From the NCBI GenBank assembly GCA_951406725.2, contig OX597827.1, positions 58,156,001-58,220,000 of the forward strand: DNA of 64,000 nt, written 5' to 3'. Shown here piece by piece: positions 11,635-22,215 of this stretch. The notes beneath the pieces are model-generated. The model worked only from the letters and a program-made list of their open reading frames with translations, was not told the DNA's origin and made no database searches. The position numbers were made by a program, and so were the translations under genes. Origin of the DNA: Octopus vulgaris (taxonomy: Eukaryota). Each line of letters begins with the position of its first letter. Position 1 is the stretch's first letter.

Positions 11635-11815
11635 TGTTGCTGTTTAATCCTGGGTCAACCCTCATAGAACCATCCTATATCGATCAGTTAGCATGTGTCT
11701 AGAACTACATCATCAAATGTTTCCTTTCTTCTTTTTTAAAACATTTGGATGTAAATTTGAGGGAGATTTGGCTGATATTTCTAGCAGTTCAAACAGCTGC
11801 ATAGAGGCTCCCTAG
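11635..11815 (-). mobile_element. Interspersed repeat family H (SINE-like); related fragments near 3738, 36400-36740, 49030, 55350, 59920, 60670, 61160-61520
   Basis: Recurrent motifs tttgagggagatttggctgctatttctagca...agaggctccct and gttgtttaa(c/t)cc(c/t)aggtcaaccc. Confidence 0.65.
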
Positions 11816-12046
11816 AAATGTCTATCCTTCTGATAGGATAATGAATAAAAATCCTTCCCAAGTCATACAGACTCATAGGGCCAGTTTCCCGGTTCCCATG
11901 GCATATAAATTCTCCACCTGGATGGGATGTTTGTCTGTCGCAGGATTACTCACTTTTGTCAGCTGAGTTGTTGGAGCAACATGAAGTGAAGTGTTTCACT
12001 CAAGAACACATGTTGCCCAGTCCAAGAATCAAAACCACACTCTTAC

Positions 12047-12841
12047 AATCGTTTCTCAACCAAGGTTCCTTGGAACCCTGGGGTTCCGCGAGAAAGAGTG
12101 AGATTTGCTAATGATAATTTCATGATCGTAATATTATTATACATGCACAACATATTGGTTATTGTAATATTGTAATATAGACATCATCCTTATCTAACCT
12201 ATTATGTTATCAAAAAAATATAACAACCATTGGGGATATAGTTAGTAATGTCTGTAATTTATGGATAACCTATATATATATATATATATATATATATAGA
12301 TATAGATAGATAGATGTGTGTGTGTGTGTGTGTGTGTATAGGACATCACCAACTGTGTAAACAACATGAAATATGTAGACAAATGAGTTAAATACGTAAA
12401 CAGCGAAAGAAACAAATGGAAAACAGGACAAGTAAGCACAGAGAAATGACCCTTCATCAGTTGTCAGCTGTCTATCAGCTCCTCATTTCGAGCATTCAAC
12501 GACAATATGAGTCTTCAAAGACAGTTGTTCCCATAAATTCTAAAATAAAATTTAGGATTTATGGAGGGTCAAAGTTCGGAACAAAAACAGGACAGTAGAG
12601 ACATACAAGGCGACTGAATGAAAACAAATATGGAGAGTTGTTAGACCAGAACAAGAGGAAAATAGTGAACGCTGGGAGAAATGTTTTCTGTGGAAAGAGA
12701 AAAGATAGAAGAGATCATATGAACAATGATGAAAAAAATATGAGAAAGATGTAGTTTATGATTTTTTTTTTGTGCAGGGGTTCCTTGAGATATGTAATTT
12801 ATTTTAAGGTTATGCAAGGGTAAAAGAGTTGAGAAACATTG
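12047..12841. mobile_element. hAT-like MITE carrying a nested microsatellite and a Penelope-like fragment
   Basis: Termini caatcgtttctcaac and gttgagaaacattg are inverted repeats; subterminal ggttcc repeats. Confidence 0.7.
12340..12690 (-). mobile_element. Penelope-like terminal fragment next to (TA)n/(TG)n
   Basis: Minus strand has degenerate hammerhead words (TTGAAGA...CGAAAT...CTGATGAAGGG); similar to 57930-58166. Confidence 0.45.
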
Positions 12842-13264
12842 AACAACTAAGCTACATGCCTCCACCTTTCCTTCTGATAGTCTGATAGTCTATGAATGAA
12901 AAGTTATTAAACTGGGACTGAAACCTATTTGGTCTAATTGAATGTTTACTTTCTACTATTCTACCGAGTAGTTTCACAGTGTCTATCCATGTACATGCAA
13001 TGCTTCATAATAAGTTCCACATTGTTTTTTGCATGATTATAAAATACCTACCATTCAAGTGATCTAATTAGTAGTACATTTCTTATTTTTTAACTGAAGA
13101 GTTGGTATTTTGGGTTCAGATAAGTATGTCTTCTAATTGATATTATTTGCCTTTAAACATTTAAAATTACTATATTTGTAATCATGGCAAAGGCTTTTTT
13201 TTTTTGTTTTCAGATTTATAATTCATACTTCATCACTCTAGAATTGTATTTGTTTCCATTTTAT

Positions 13265-13615
13265 ATCATCGTCATCATCATCACTTAACATTTGTTTTCA
13301 ATGCTGGCATGGGTTAGATGATTTGACCAGAGCTGGTAACCTGGAGGTCTACACCAAGCTCCAGTTATTTGTTTTGGCTTGGTTTCTATGGCTGGATGCC
13401 CTTCCTAATGCCAACCACTTTGCAAGGCATGCTGGGTGTCAGCAGCACGTGTCACCAGTGCAGATTTCTTTTACATATCACTGGCATGGGTGCCTTGTGC
13501 CCTTTATGTATCACTAGCACAAATGCCTTTTACATATCACCAGCATGGGTGCCCTGTGCCCTTTATGTATCACTAGCACAAATGCCTTTTACATGTCACC
13601 AGCATGGGTGCCTCG
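13265..13615 (-). mobile_element. SINE family C with an internal 59-bp minisatellite
   Basis: Family C motifs; unit ttacatatca...aaatgcctt starts at 13471, 13530 and 13589. Confidence 0.85.
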
Positions 13616-14626
13616 GAAATGCATTCAGCTGGTTATATAAAATTTACCTTCAGTTTATCCACATTATAGTTTCCCCACATGTTAGATCAACCGATAATTG
13701 GACGCAACTGATTCCTCTCAGCCACCCCCATTGATTCCTGCCACACACAAACTTCCATGAGTTTTCTTTGTTAGAAGCCTATTTCCTCTGTAATAAATCT
13801 TTTTCATCTGGTCAGCAAGGTTTTTTTCATGCAGCCAACTTAACCTTTTCACCCAGTAACCATAAGTAAATAATGGGCTTTACCAGGTGTTTCCCCAGTT
13901 CTTTATTTTGACATTGGTGTAATGTTTTCTTTCTGAATCACATCGTTTCTTACACTCACTTTATTTATTAACCCATGCAGTGATGGCAGGCATTATAGCT
14001 TCTGTTTTCTGACCAAATAACTTTTCCCAGACACAGTTGTTTTTTTCTTTTAGTATCACCCTGCTTCATCTATGAAAATATTTTGCTAATATTGAATTTT
14101 AGAAATACATCTTTTCCTTTTACATTTCCTCACTGAATGTATTCACTTTTTGTTTATTATTTTCATTTGTTTGTCTTTATTTTGATTTTGTTCTTTTTTT
14201 TCCATTTGTCTAGTAATTTCCCACTCCCCACCATTCACTATGGTGACCTAGTTCCCTTACCAAATTCCTCTGACTTTATTTTTAGCAGAATTTCCCTTTC
14301 TAGATGTTTATTGATACAGTGTTTATTTGGACTTTTCATTCTCATTCCTGGTTCTAAGTACTATTAAATTTCAACCAGTAGAAATACTGGTTGCTATCAG
14401 ATATCAAGAAGCATTTATAGTTAGACTTTGGGTGGAAGGGTATTGGAGTAGGAACTAATATTAGGGAGTCTGCTTTGGCAATGGCAATTTCTAGTTTGTC
14501 GCTTTGTGCTTTTTTAAGCAAAAATCCCATTGTGGCTGATTTAACATTGCATTCCTTAACGGGGCTGTACAATAAGCATCTGAGATATTCTCCATGTTGA
14601 CTGAAGCATTTATATTCTACTTTCCT

Positions 14627-14861
14627 TTAACCTTTTCGTTACCATATTTCTCTCAAAATACAGTCTTTGTTTCTAGTATAATTTTGGAAATTGTGAAGAA
14701 TTTAGTACAACAGCTGTCATAAAATAGCTGTGAATAATAAGCAGGTGTTTGAAACAACAGGAAATTTTCATAGACACTTTTAATTCAGTTCACTTTAAAG
14801 TAGGAAGTTTGTATTAGAGAAATGGAGGTGGTTTCAGGTGGGTTGATAGCAAAAGGGTTTA
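14627..14861. mobile_element. piggyBac-type MITE, second family (fragment also near 27782)
   Basis: TTAA-ccttttcgttacca ... tgatagcaaaaggg-TTTA termini. Confidence 0.55.
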
Positions 14862-15362
14862 CAGGTGCAGGTGTGGCTGTATGGTAAGAAGTTTGTTCCC
14901 CAACTATATGGTTCCAGGTTCAGTACCACTTTGTGGAACCCTGGGCAAGTGTCTTCTGCTATAGCTCTGGGCCAACCAAATTCTTGTAAATAAATCTGGT
15001 AAACAGAAACTGAAAGAAATTCATTCTGTTTGTATATGTGTGTGTGTATGTATATATATTTATGGGTATATATATGTGTATGTGTATATATATGTATATG
15101 GGTATATGTTTATATATGTGTGTGTGTGTGTGTATATATATATCTATGTGTTCATGCCTTTGTGTTTGTCCCCCCACCACCACCACTTGATAAATCAGTG
15201 TTGGTTTACACTGCAGTAGCTTAGCTGTTCAGCAAAAAAGGAGCAATAGAATAAGTACCAGGCTTTAAGAATATAAGTACTGGAATGTATTTGTTCAACT
15301 AAATCCTTCAAGGTAGTGCCCCAGCATGGCAGCAGTCTGATAACTGAAACAAAAGATTAAAA
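14862..15362 (+). mobile_element. SINE family A
   Basis: Head ggtgcaggtgtggctgtatggtaag, central (TA/TG)n, tail ccagcatggcagcagtc..actgaaac. Confidence 0.9.
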
Positions 15363-16120
15363 ACAAAATTCCTTTGTATCTTTAAAAATATGATATGAAA
15401 TGGTTGGAAAACTATTCTGCTAAGGATCTTTTAAAAGTTTTTAAAGCATTCTTCTATTTGCTTTTCTATGTTACCATAACCATCTTACTCATTAACTTAG
15501 TATTCTAAGTATTTTTTTTCTAACCAGTGTTGTGGGCTTCATTTGTTCAATTCACCAGCTCCTAGCATGAATGAATGCTTTGTATAATAATTCTTGTATA
15601 TTCTCTGTAACTGTTTTCTATATTCTTTCTTGAAACACAAATATATCATTCAAATATGAAAAACTTAAAATGATAATGATGTCTGAAACTTGGCACAAAG
15701 CCACCAATTTTTAGGTGAGAGATGAATGTAACTGACTGAATGAATTAACTTTAATGTTTATTGTTGTGGAGGGACAAAAGACAAAGGGAAGTAAATATTG
15801 TGAGACATTTTGTCAGCAACTAAAATATGTTGTTGTTATTGTGAAAATAGGGAAATGTCTTTATCTTTTTTATTATCTTTTACTTGTTTGTCATTGGATT
15901 GCAGCCATTCTGGGGCACCACCTTGAAGGATTTAGTCAAACAAATCAACCCCAGTACTTATAATAAAAGCTTAGTACTTATAATAATAGTCTCTGTTGTG
16001 AACTGCTAAGTTACAAGGATGTAAACAAACCAACATCAGCTGGTTTCTTTTGGGCAAGCAGAATGATAGATAATCAATTGTAAATAATCCTAATCAAGTG
16101 TTGTTTTTATCTTTTAAAAT

Positions 16121-16413
16121 CAGTGGGTTTCAACCAGGGTCCATATGAGATTTTGTTGTTAAAATTTATCTCCAATAACTTGGTTATACTCTTATAATTC
16201 AGAAAATATTTTAACAATTTTTTTTTACAACTCCTAATGATATAGGTGCAGGAGTGGCTGTGTGGTAAGTAGCTTGCTTACCAACTACATGGTTCCGGGT
16301 TCAGTCCCACTGTGTGGCACCTTGGGCAAGTGTCTTCTACTATAGCCTCAGGCTGACCAAAGCCTTATGAGTGTATTTTGTAGACAGAAACTGAAAGAAG
16401 TCCATCGTATATA

Positions 16414-16444
<31 letters not shown>

Positions 16445-16769
16445 GTGTATATGTTTGTCCCCCCAACATTGCTTGATAACCAATGCTAGTGTGTTTATAT
16501 CCCTGTAACTTAGCGGTTCGGTAAAAGAGACCAATAGAATAAGTACTAGGCTTACAAAGAACAAGTCCTGGGGTCGATTTGCTCAACTAAAGGTGGTGCT
16601 CCAGCATGGCCGCAGTCAAATGACTGAAACAAGTAAAAGAGTAAAGAGTATATTTGATTATAAAAATATAGTTGGATTTTTAAAAAAATATTGAATGGTT
16701 CATAAAGGTCCATCCAAGTAAAATAGGGATCAAAGGGGTCCATAGTAAAGAAGTAGTTGAGAATCATTG
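16121..16769. mobile_element. hAT-like MITE with a nested SINE A
   Basis: cagtgggtttcaacc ... gttgagaatcattg inverted termini; imperfect 8-bp flanks tttaaaat/ctttaaat. Confidence 0.65.
16244..16650 (+). mobile_element. SINE family A, full length
   Basis: A box tggctgtgtggta, B box ggttcagtccc, full tail ...gactgaaacaagtaaaagagtaaag. Confidence 0.95.
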
Positions 16770-17183
16770 CTTTAAATTGTCATGTTTTCTAATATCTCAC
16801 TAATTTTTGTGTTGTGAGAGTTGGTATGAACCAATTAAGAATATGGTTCACATCAGTTGTATACTTTATATTCACATATTTTCAGGAAGATGAACCTTCT
16901 GAGTTCAAATTCTTTTTATTGAGGAAAATGTTTCTCGCATGCTTATACACATAGTTATAAATAACGCATATGAAACTATAAACACTTGTCAAAACATAGA
17001 AACTCTTTCCCTGTATGAAAGAAAGCCAGTCTCTACGAAAACCTGTGTAAGAAATGTGATATTTTATGGCTGTTAAACAGATGATCTGCATTGGTTTGAG
17101 AGGAACAATTATGGTCTGATGGAATATACAAAGTTTATTTGTTAGAATGGTTGAAAGCAACTGATTTCAAAAAGTGAGAGGGT

Positions 17184-17397
17184 TTAATCCATTAGTATTC
17201 AGATTACTCTGTTGAGTAATGCTTATTTATTCACGTTTTTTCAAGTCAGTACTGTATTATCTTGTTTTGAGATTTTGAAGATGTGATTGTTTATTTTTAG
17301 AATGACACTGCAAGGTAGGAGATGTGAGCGTCTGGATCAGGTCAGGCTTGAACATAGAAGAGCTAGAATATTTGGGCTGGATATGGCTGGTTTAAAT
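17184..17397. mobile_element. piggyBac-type MITE family D
   Basis: Homologous to the reference copy at 24942-25164. Confidence 0.75.
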
Positions 17398-17479
17398 ATC
17401 TTTAATGCCAATATGTATGAGGAAGATCAATGAATGTACTAGCCTGGAAAAGTAATGGGAAATGAAAGTTAGCATGAAG

Positions 17480-17785
17480 AGTGCTGGCATGGGTTAGTTG
17501 GTTTGACCTGGGCTGTTAAGCTGAGGGACTGCATCAGACTCCAATCGGATTTGGCATGGTTTTCTATGGCTAGATGCCCTTCCTAATGCCAACCACTCTG
17601 AGAATGTAATGGGTGCTTTTACATACCACTGGCACAGGTGCCTGTTGTGTGACACCAGTATCTACCATGACTACGATTTCACTTGGCTTGATGGGTCTTC
17701 TTGTCATGCACAACATATCGCCAAAGGGCTCGGTCATTTGTCATTGCCTCTGTGAGGCCCAGCACTCAAAAGGTGCTTTTTGCTG
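17480..17785 (-). mobile_element. SINE family C
   Basis: gctggcatgggtt...ctagatgcccttcctaatgccaaccactc. Confidence 0.8.
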
Positions 17786-17964
17786 TGAATTATTGGTGAA
17801 AGGCATCTATGCTGAAGTTTTATCAAGGAAGACTTGTTTAGTTATTGTTAATTCATACATGATTTTGTTTGGCCCTAACAGGCGGAATGATTTACAATTG
17901 TGATCTGTTGACTGATAGATGCTTTAGAACAGGCCCTTCAGTCAATATCACTATAGTTGTAAAT

Positions 17965-18340
17965 ATGGCTTTGTGCTTTGCACCCATGTAGTTTCCGGTT
18001 CAGTCCCATTGCATGGCACTTTAGGCAAGAGTCTTCTACCACAGATCCAGGCTGACCAACCACTCCTTGCGAGTGAATTTGGTAGATGGAAACTCTGTGG
18101 AAGCCCCTTATGTGTGTGTGTTTGTGTCTGTATTTGTTCCACTTCCATCCCTACATGATAACTTCTGTTGGTTCGTTTACATCCCTATAACCTAACAGTT
18201 TGGTAAAGAGACTGATGGAATAGGTATCAGACTTTAAAAAAAAAGTACTGGAGTCACTCTGTTTATTAAAAAAAAATCTTTCTAGATGGTGCCCCAGTAT
18301 GGCCAGGGTCCAATGACTGAAACAAAAGATAAAAGAAAGA
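17965..18340 (+). mobile_element. SINE family A, diverged, ending ~90 bp upstream of the exon
   Basis: ggttcagtccc, ggcactttaggcaagagtcttctac, tail gccccagtatggcc...gactgaaac. Confidence 0.85.
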
Positions 18341-18431
18341 CAAAATAGACCTTAAACTGATAGCCTTGTATATATAAAATAAAAATTTTATTCTGATAAC
18401 ATTCTTTTTTTTCTTTTTTTTTCTATTATAG

Positions 18432-18635
18432 GAAGGTGATGACAATTTTCCATCGATATCAGAGTACCCAAATTTAAAAGAATCTGTTAAAAGCTGGGTG
18501 GACTACCAAGATGGACAGAAAATACTGTTGACAACTCCAACAGTTTTAGTTGGGTACCGAGTAGAAGTCTATCGTGCTGAAGGAACAACGCAATGGTACA
18601 CTGCTGTTATCAAAGCCTATAACCATGCTTCACAA
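18432..18635 (+). CDS. JMJD1C: Internal coding exon of a JMJD1C/KDM3-family JmjC histone demethylase (N-terminal region)
   Basis: Polypyrimidine tract plus tatag| acceptor, CAA|gtaagt donor, 204 nt, phase 0/0, no stop: EGDDNFPSISEYPNLKESVKSWVDYQDGQKILLTTPTVLVGYRVEVYRAEGTTQWYTAVIKAYNHASQ. The GYRV.VYR...TQW.T.I motif is recognised from the JMJD1C/KDM3 N-terminus. Confidence 0.88.
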
Positions 18636-18960
18636 GTAAGTTTTTTCTTCTTTTTTTTATTTGCTTTTGTAAATGAAGTTAAATGTACTGTTCTGTTTTG
18701 TTATTTGTTCTGTTTAACATCAATAAATGAGAAATGAATTAATATGGAATCAGGGTAACTATGTACTGTTTAAATATACTTATTTGCTTTAAGAATGAAT
18801 TTTAAGAAATTTTACTAGATTTATAAAATTTTGAAATCAAGAAAATCGGAGTTTGGGAAAATGACATTAGAATTTTTTTTATACCTGAGAATGTTATCAA
18901 AATATATGAAAGTAACAAAATACCACTTTTATACATGAGAATGCCATCAAAATACCATTC

Positions 18961-19187
18961 CTAACCTTTTAGCATTCAAATTATTCTATCAAATGTATTG
19001 CTTATCTATTCGCATTGTTTTGAATTAATCATGCATTATCTTTTGACTTAAAAAATTTGATAATGTGATTGTTATTTTTAGAATTACATTGTAGAGTAAG
19101 TGTAAGAGGCTAGATCTGGCTGGTTTGAATATAAAACAGTTAGACTATTTGGGCCAGATATGGCCAGTTTAAATGCTATAAGGTTGA
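18961..19187. mobile_element. piggyBac-type MITE family D
   Basis: ctaa-ccttttagcattc ... aaatgctataagg-ttga; internal identity to the 24942 copy. Confidence 0.8.
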
Positions 19188-19664
19188 ATATAACAAAAAA
19201 TTGCCATGCATGTAATGCAACCGTATTATAGATGGTATTCTGGGTGTATGGTGAAACAGTAAATCTGAATTTTCTTCAAAATATAATTTTCCCACAAAGA
19301 AATAGGGGTTCATCTTAAGTGAGAATGCACCCTATACACCAGCAAATATGGTATTTGGATTTGCTTAGATATATGATTATTTAAGTAATGCAATTAATTG
19401 CATTTTTATGATAAAGTAACATCTATGTGTTGATATAAGACTTAATCTTTTTTTTTATTTTTGTCAGTTTTTGGCTGTTTAGTTTCAAGTTTTAAGTAAC
19501 TTCTATTTTATAAAATAGAAAAAACACTTTTTTAAAATTCATTATCTGTTTAAAAATTTTATTTTTCATTTATCTATTTATATAAATATATTTTTTTTCC
19601 AAATTGTATTTTTTTATAATTTGAAGAAGAAAACAAAATTTATGTCATGAGATTTCTGTCTGCT

Positions 19665-19707
19665 AAAAAAAAAAAAAAAAAAAAAAATTTTTTTTTTTTT
19701 TTTTTTT
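19665..19707. repeat. A23-T20 homopolymer palindrome
   Basis: Read directly from the sequence. Confidence 0.9.
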
Positions 19708-20571
19708 GAATTTGTTGTCATCTTTCAAAATGAGAATAAATCTCCTTTGTGTAGTTTAGTCTTTCATGCTCGAACTTAAATTTAGCTTTACAGCCATCAT
19801 GAAATCTTACCAGTGGTCTGTTTGTGTAGCTAAATCACAATAAATATAATGAAATGTATTTTGTATGGGTTGTCACATGAAACAGTTTTTCAGCAGATGT
19901 GAGAGAACTGCAAGGTTAGCATAATGGACATTTTTTGACTGAAGTTGGAAATTTAAAAAAAAAAAAAACACTTGGGGGGGAATGTATCAATATGTCGGAC
20001 ATGATTTAATATTTCTTTCATTGTATTCCAATTTTTAAAAATAGTTTAGTAGAATGTTTTCATATTTTCTTTTTTATACGTATCAATATTACTATTTATT
20101 TATTAATTTTTTTTTTAGTTTTGTTTTGTAATCTTTATTTTTCTGTAAACAAAAAACAGCAAAGTGAAAATAGTGCATTTTGCTGAAGCCCCATTTAACT
20201 TGATAATATGCAACACGACATTTACAAAGCAAGAGCTGATTAATCAAATAAGGTTAAAGAATTGTCTTCCTTGGTTATGTGATACGATGCACTTAAGTGG
20301 AAGAGATGAAAAGAACATAGCCACAGTGTTTTATTTGAAGAAGCAGCAAACACGATTAATGTTAATATATGACTTTCTTGGACAGTTTTAATACTATCTT
20401 GTAGAAACTTCAGATTAGGCTTCAGGGTAGACAATCAGCTACAAAGTTTATATATAAAGTATCAAAACCAAGAATTGTTTGGCAAAAAAAATGTAGTAGC
20501 AAAGAAATTATTGAATATTTAGTGTATATGTCTGTATTCGTGTGTGTGTGTGTGTGTTATATTATTGTATC

Positions 20572-21005
20572 GTCATCATCATCATCATTGTTATGATGCT
20601 TGCATGGGTCAGACAAATTTATTGAGGCTGAGTTCTTCCTACAGCTAGGTGCTCTTCCTGTTGCTAACCCTCACCTGTTTCTAAGCAAGATATTCTCCTT
20701 AACCATTCAAATAATGATATTGCAGTGGCTTGGCATGTTTTTAACGAACAGGGCAAACAGCGTTACTTATATACTGGGGATGTATATGTCTTTGTGTGTG
20801 TTTGTCTTCCATCACCGCTTGACAACCGGTGTTGGTGTGTCTATGTCCCCATAACTTAGCAGTTCAGCATAAGAGACCAATAGAATAAGTACTAGGCTTA
20901 AAAAATAAGTCTTGGGGTCAATTTGTTCAGCTAAAACCCTTCAAGGTGGTGCTCCAGCATGGCTGCATTCAGATGTCTGAAACAAGTAAAAGAATAAAAG
21001 AATAT
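20572..21005. mobile_element. C-type SINE tail (minus, 20572-20730) and 3' half of SINE A (plus, 20780-21005)
   Basis: (cat)n...cttcctgttgctaaccctcacctgtttc; then caccgcttgacaaccggtgttgg...ctccagcatggc...aagtaaaaga. Confidence 0.75.
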
Positions 21006-21325
21006 ATATATCGGGTCATTAAGAATGAAATGTCCAATTTTGAGCTGAAAGTTTATTCATATATAAATTACTTGCAGGGAGACCATATTTTGTTATGCAT
21101 TCAAGTACATTAAAAGCTTTGTTAGTCAATACTGGATCCTATTTTGTTAGCAGTGCTATTAAATCACTTTTTAAGGTTATCTCTATAGATTTTCTATAGA
21201 AATTATAGCCCGCACTGATTTTTTGTTTCTTATCTGAATATATATCTAAATTAATCAGTGCAACTGATGATAAGACAATAAGTAGCAGGTGTATATGAAT
21301 ATTTATATATACCTGTATAAACATA

Positions 21326-22215
21326 TGTGGTCTGATTAATAAGTATCCGGACTGTTGCCATAGTAATGAAGCTAAAGAACACAGAATAAAGCCACTTGGC
21401 ACAGATTGACCCTGAACTCAGCTCTGCATGTGCACTAAGTTTCAATGGTCTAGCTCACATCTGCTGTTTATAGCAGTGTTTGGAAGGAAGGTATGTAGTG
21501 TGTAATTGTCACATTGACCAAGTTAGTGAAAGTTGTGCAGAGAATCTGCATCAGATTTTGCCAAAAGCTTGGTGATACCTACTCAGAAGCCTATGCAAAG
21601 TTTTCAAAAAGTTTTCATTGTTCTTGACACAATCAAGGAGATCTTGTGCAACTGAAACCCAAATTCTTTTTGGTCAGCTGTAAACAGTTTTGGCACAAAC
21701 TTGGCAGACATGCGTCTCATACCCAAATCTTTAGTGATAATGGACTGAACTGAACCATAACTAATCTGCACATGCTCTAATAACTCAGGGATGGTGATTC
21801 GATGATTTCCTCTCAAGCTGCACACACATCTGTGATGCTTTTCTCAGTTCTGCTGGTTGTGGGTCTCTCAGAATGTTTGTCGATATCAACATTTTTTCGG
21901 CCATCTTGGAAACATCTGAACCACTCGTACACATGTGTGTGGCTCATACACTCCTCTCCATACCCTTTCTGCAACTTTGTCGGCCTCTGAGCAGGTATCA
22001 CCATGACAATTTTCTTTGTCATGGTCAATGCGACGATCACACACTACACGCCTTCCTTCCAAGCACTGCTGTAAACAGTGGAAGTGAGCTACAATGTTAA
22101 AACCTTGTACACACGCACAGCAGAGTTCAAGGTCAGTCTTTGCCTAGCAGCTTTATTCTGTGTACTTTAGCTTCATTACTATGGCAACAGTTCGGATACT
22201 TATTGATCTATCTTG
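21326..22215 (-). mobile_element. Defective mariner (DD34D type) made of two inverted 5' ends
   Basis: TA-flanked inverted termini (..aataagtatccg(g/a)actgttgccatagtaatgaagctaaag). Minus-strand ORFs give mariner N-terminal motifs YEWFRCFQDGRKNVD, RPTTSRT, DLGMRRMSAKFVPK; the plus arm gives QRICIRFCQKLGDT. Confidence 0.9.

Larger units (their letters stand above)
11848..12863 (-). mobile_element. tRNA-derived SINE (F-type head) split by a nested hAT-like MITE
   Basis: Body 11848-12046 (cagctgagt..tggagcaac...ctcaagaacaca); head resumes at 12842-12863 (aacaactaagctacatgcctcca, rc of ggaggcatgtagcttagttgtt). Confidence 0.7.

Noticed and set aside
13471-13612. Regularly spaced repeats as a possible CRISPR array
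   Set aside because: Units are contiguous with no unique spacers, the context is a eukaryotic SINE, and there are no cas genes
16244-16320. tRNA-like A/B-box sequences at the heads of many repeats
   Set aside because: SINE heads without a complete cloverleaf or acceptor stem; not tRNA genes
18636-18737. Continuation of ORF 18498-18737 (VSFFFFF...)
   Set aside because: Read-through into the intron past the gtaagt donor; the GTG 'start' is internal to the exon
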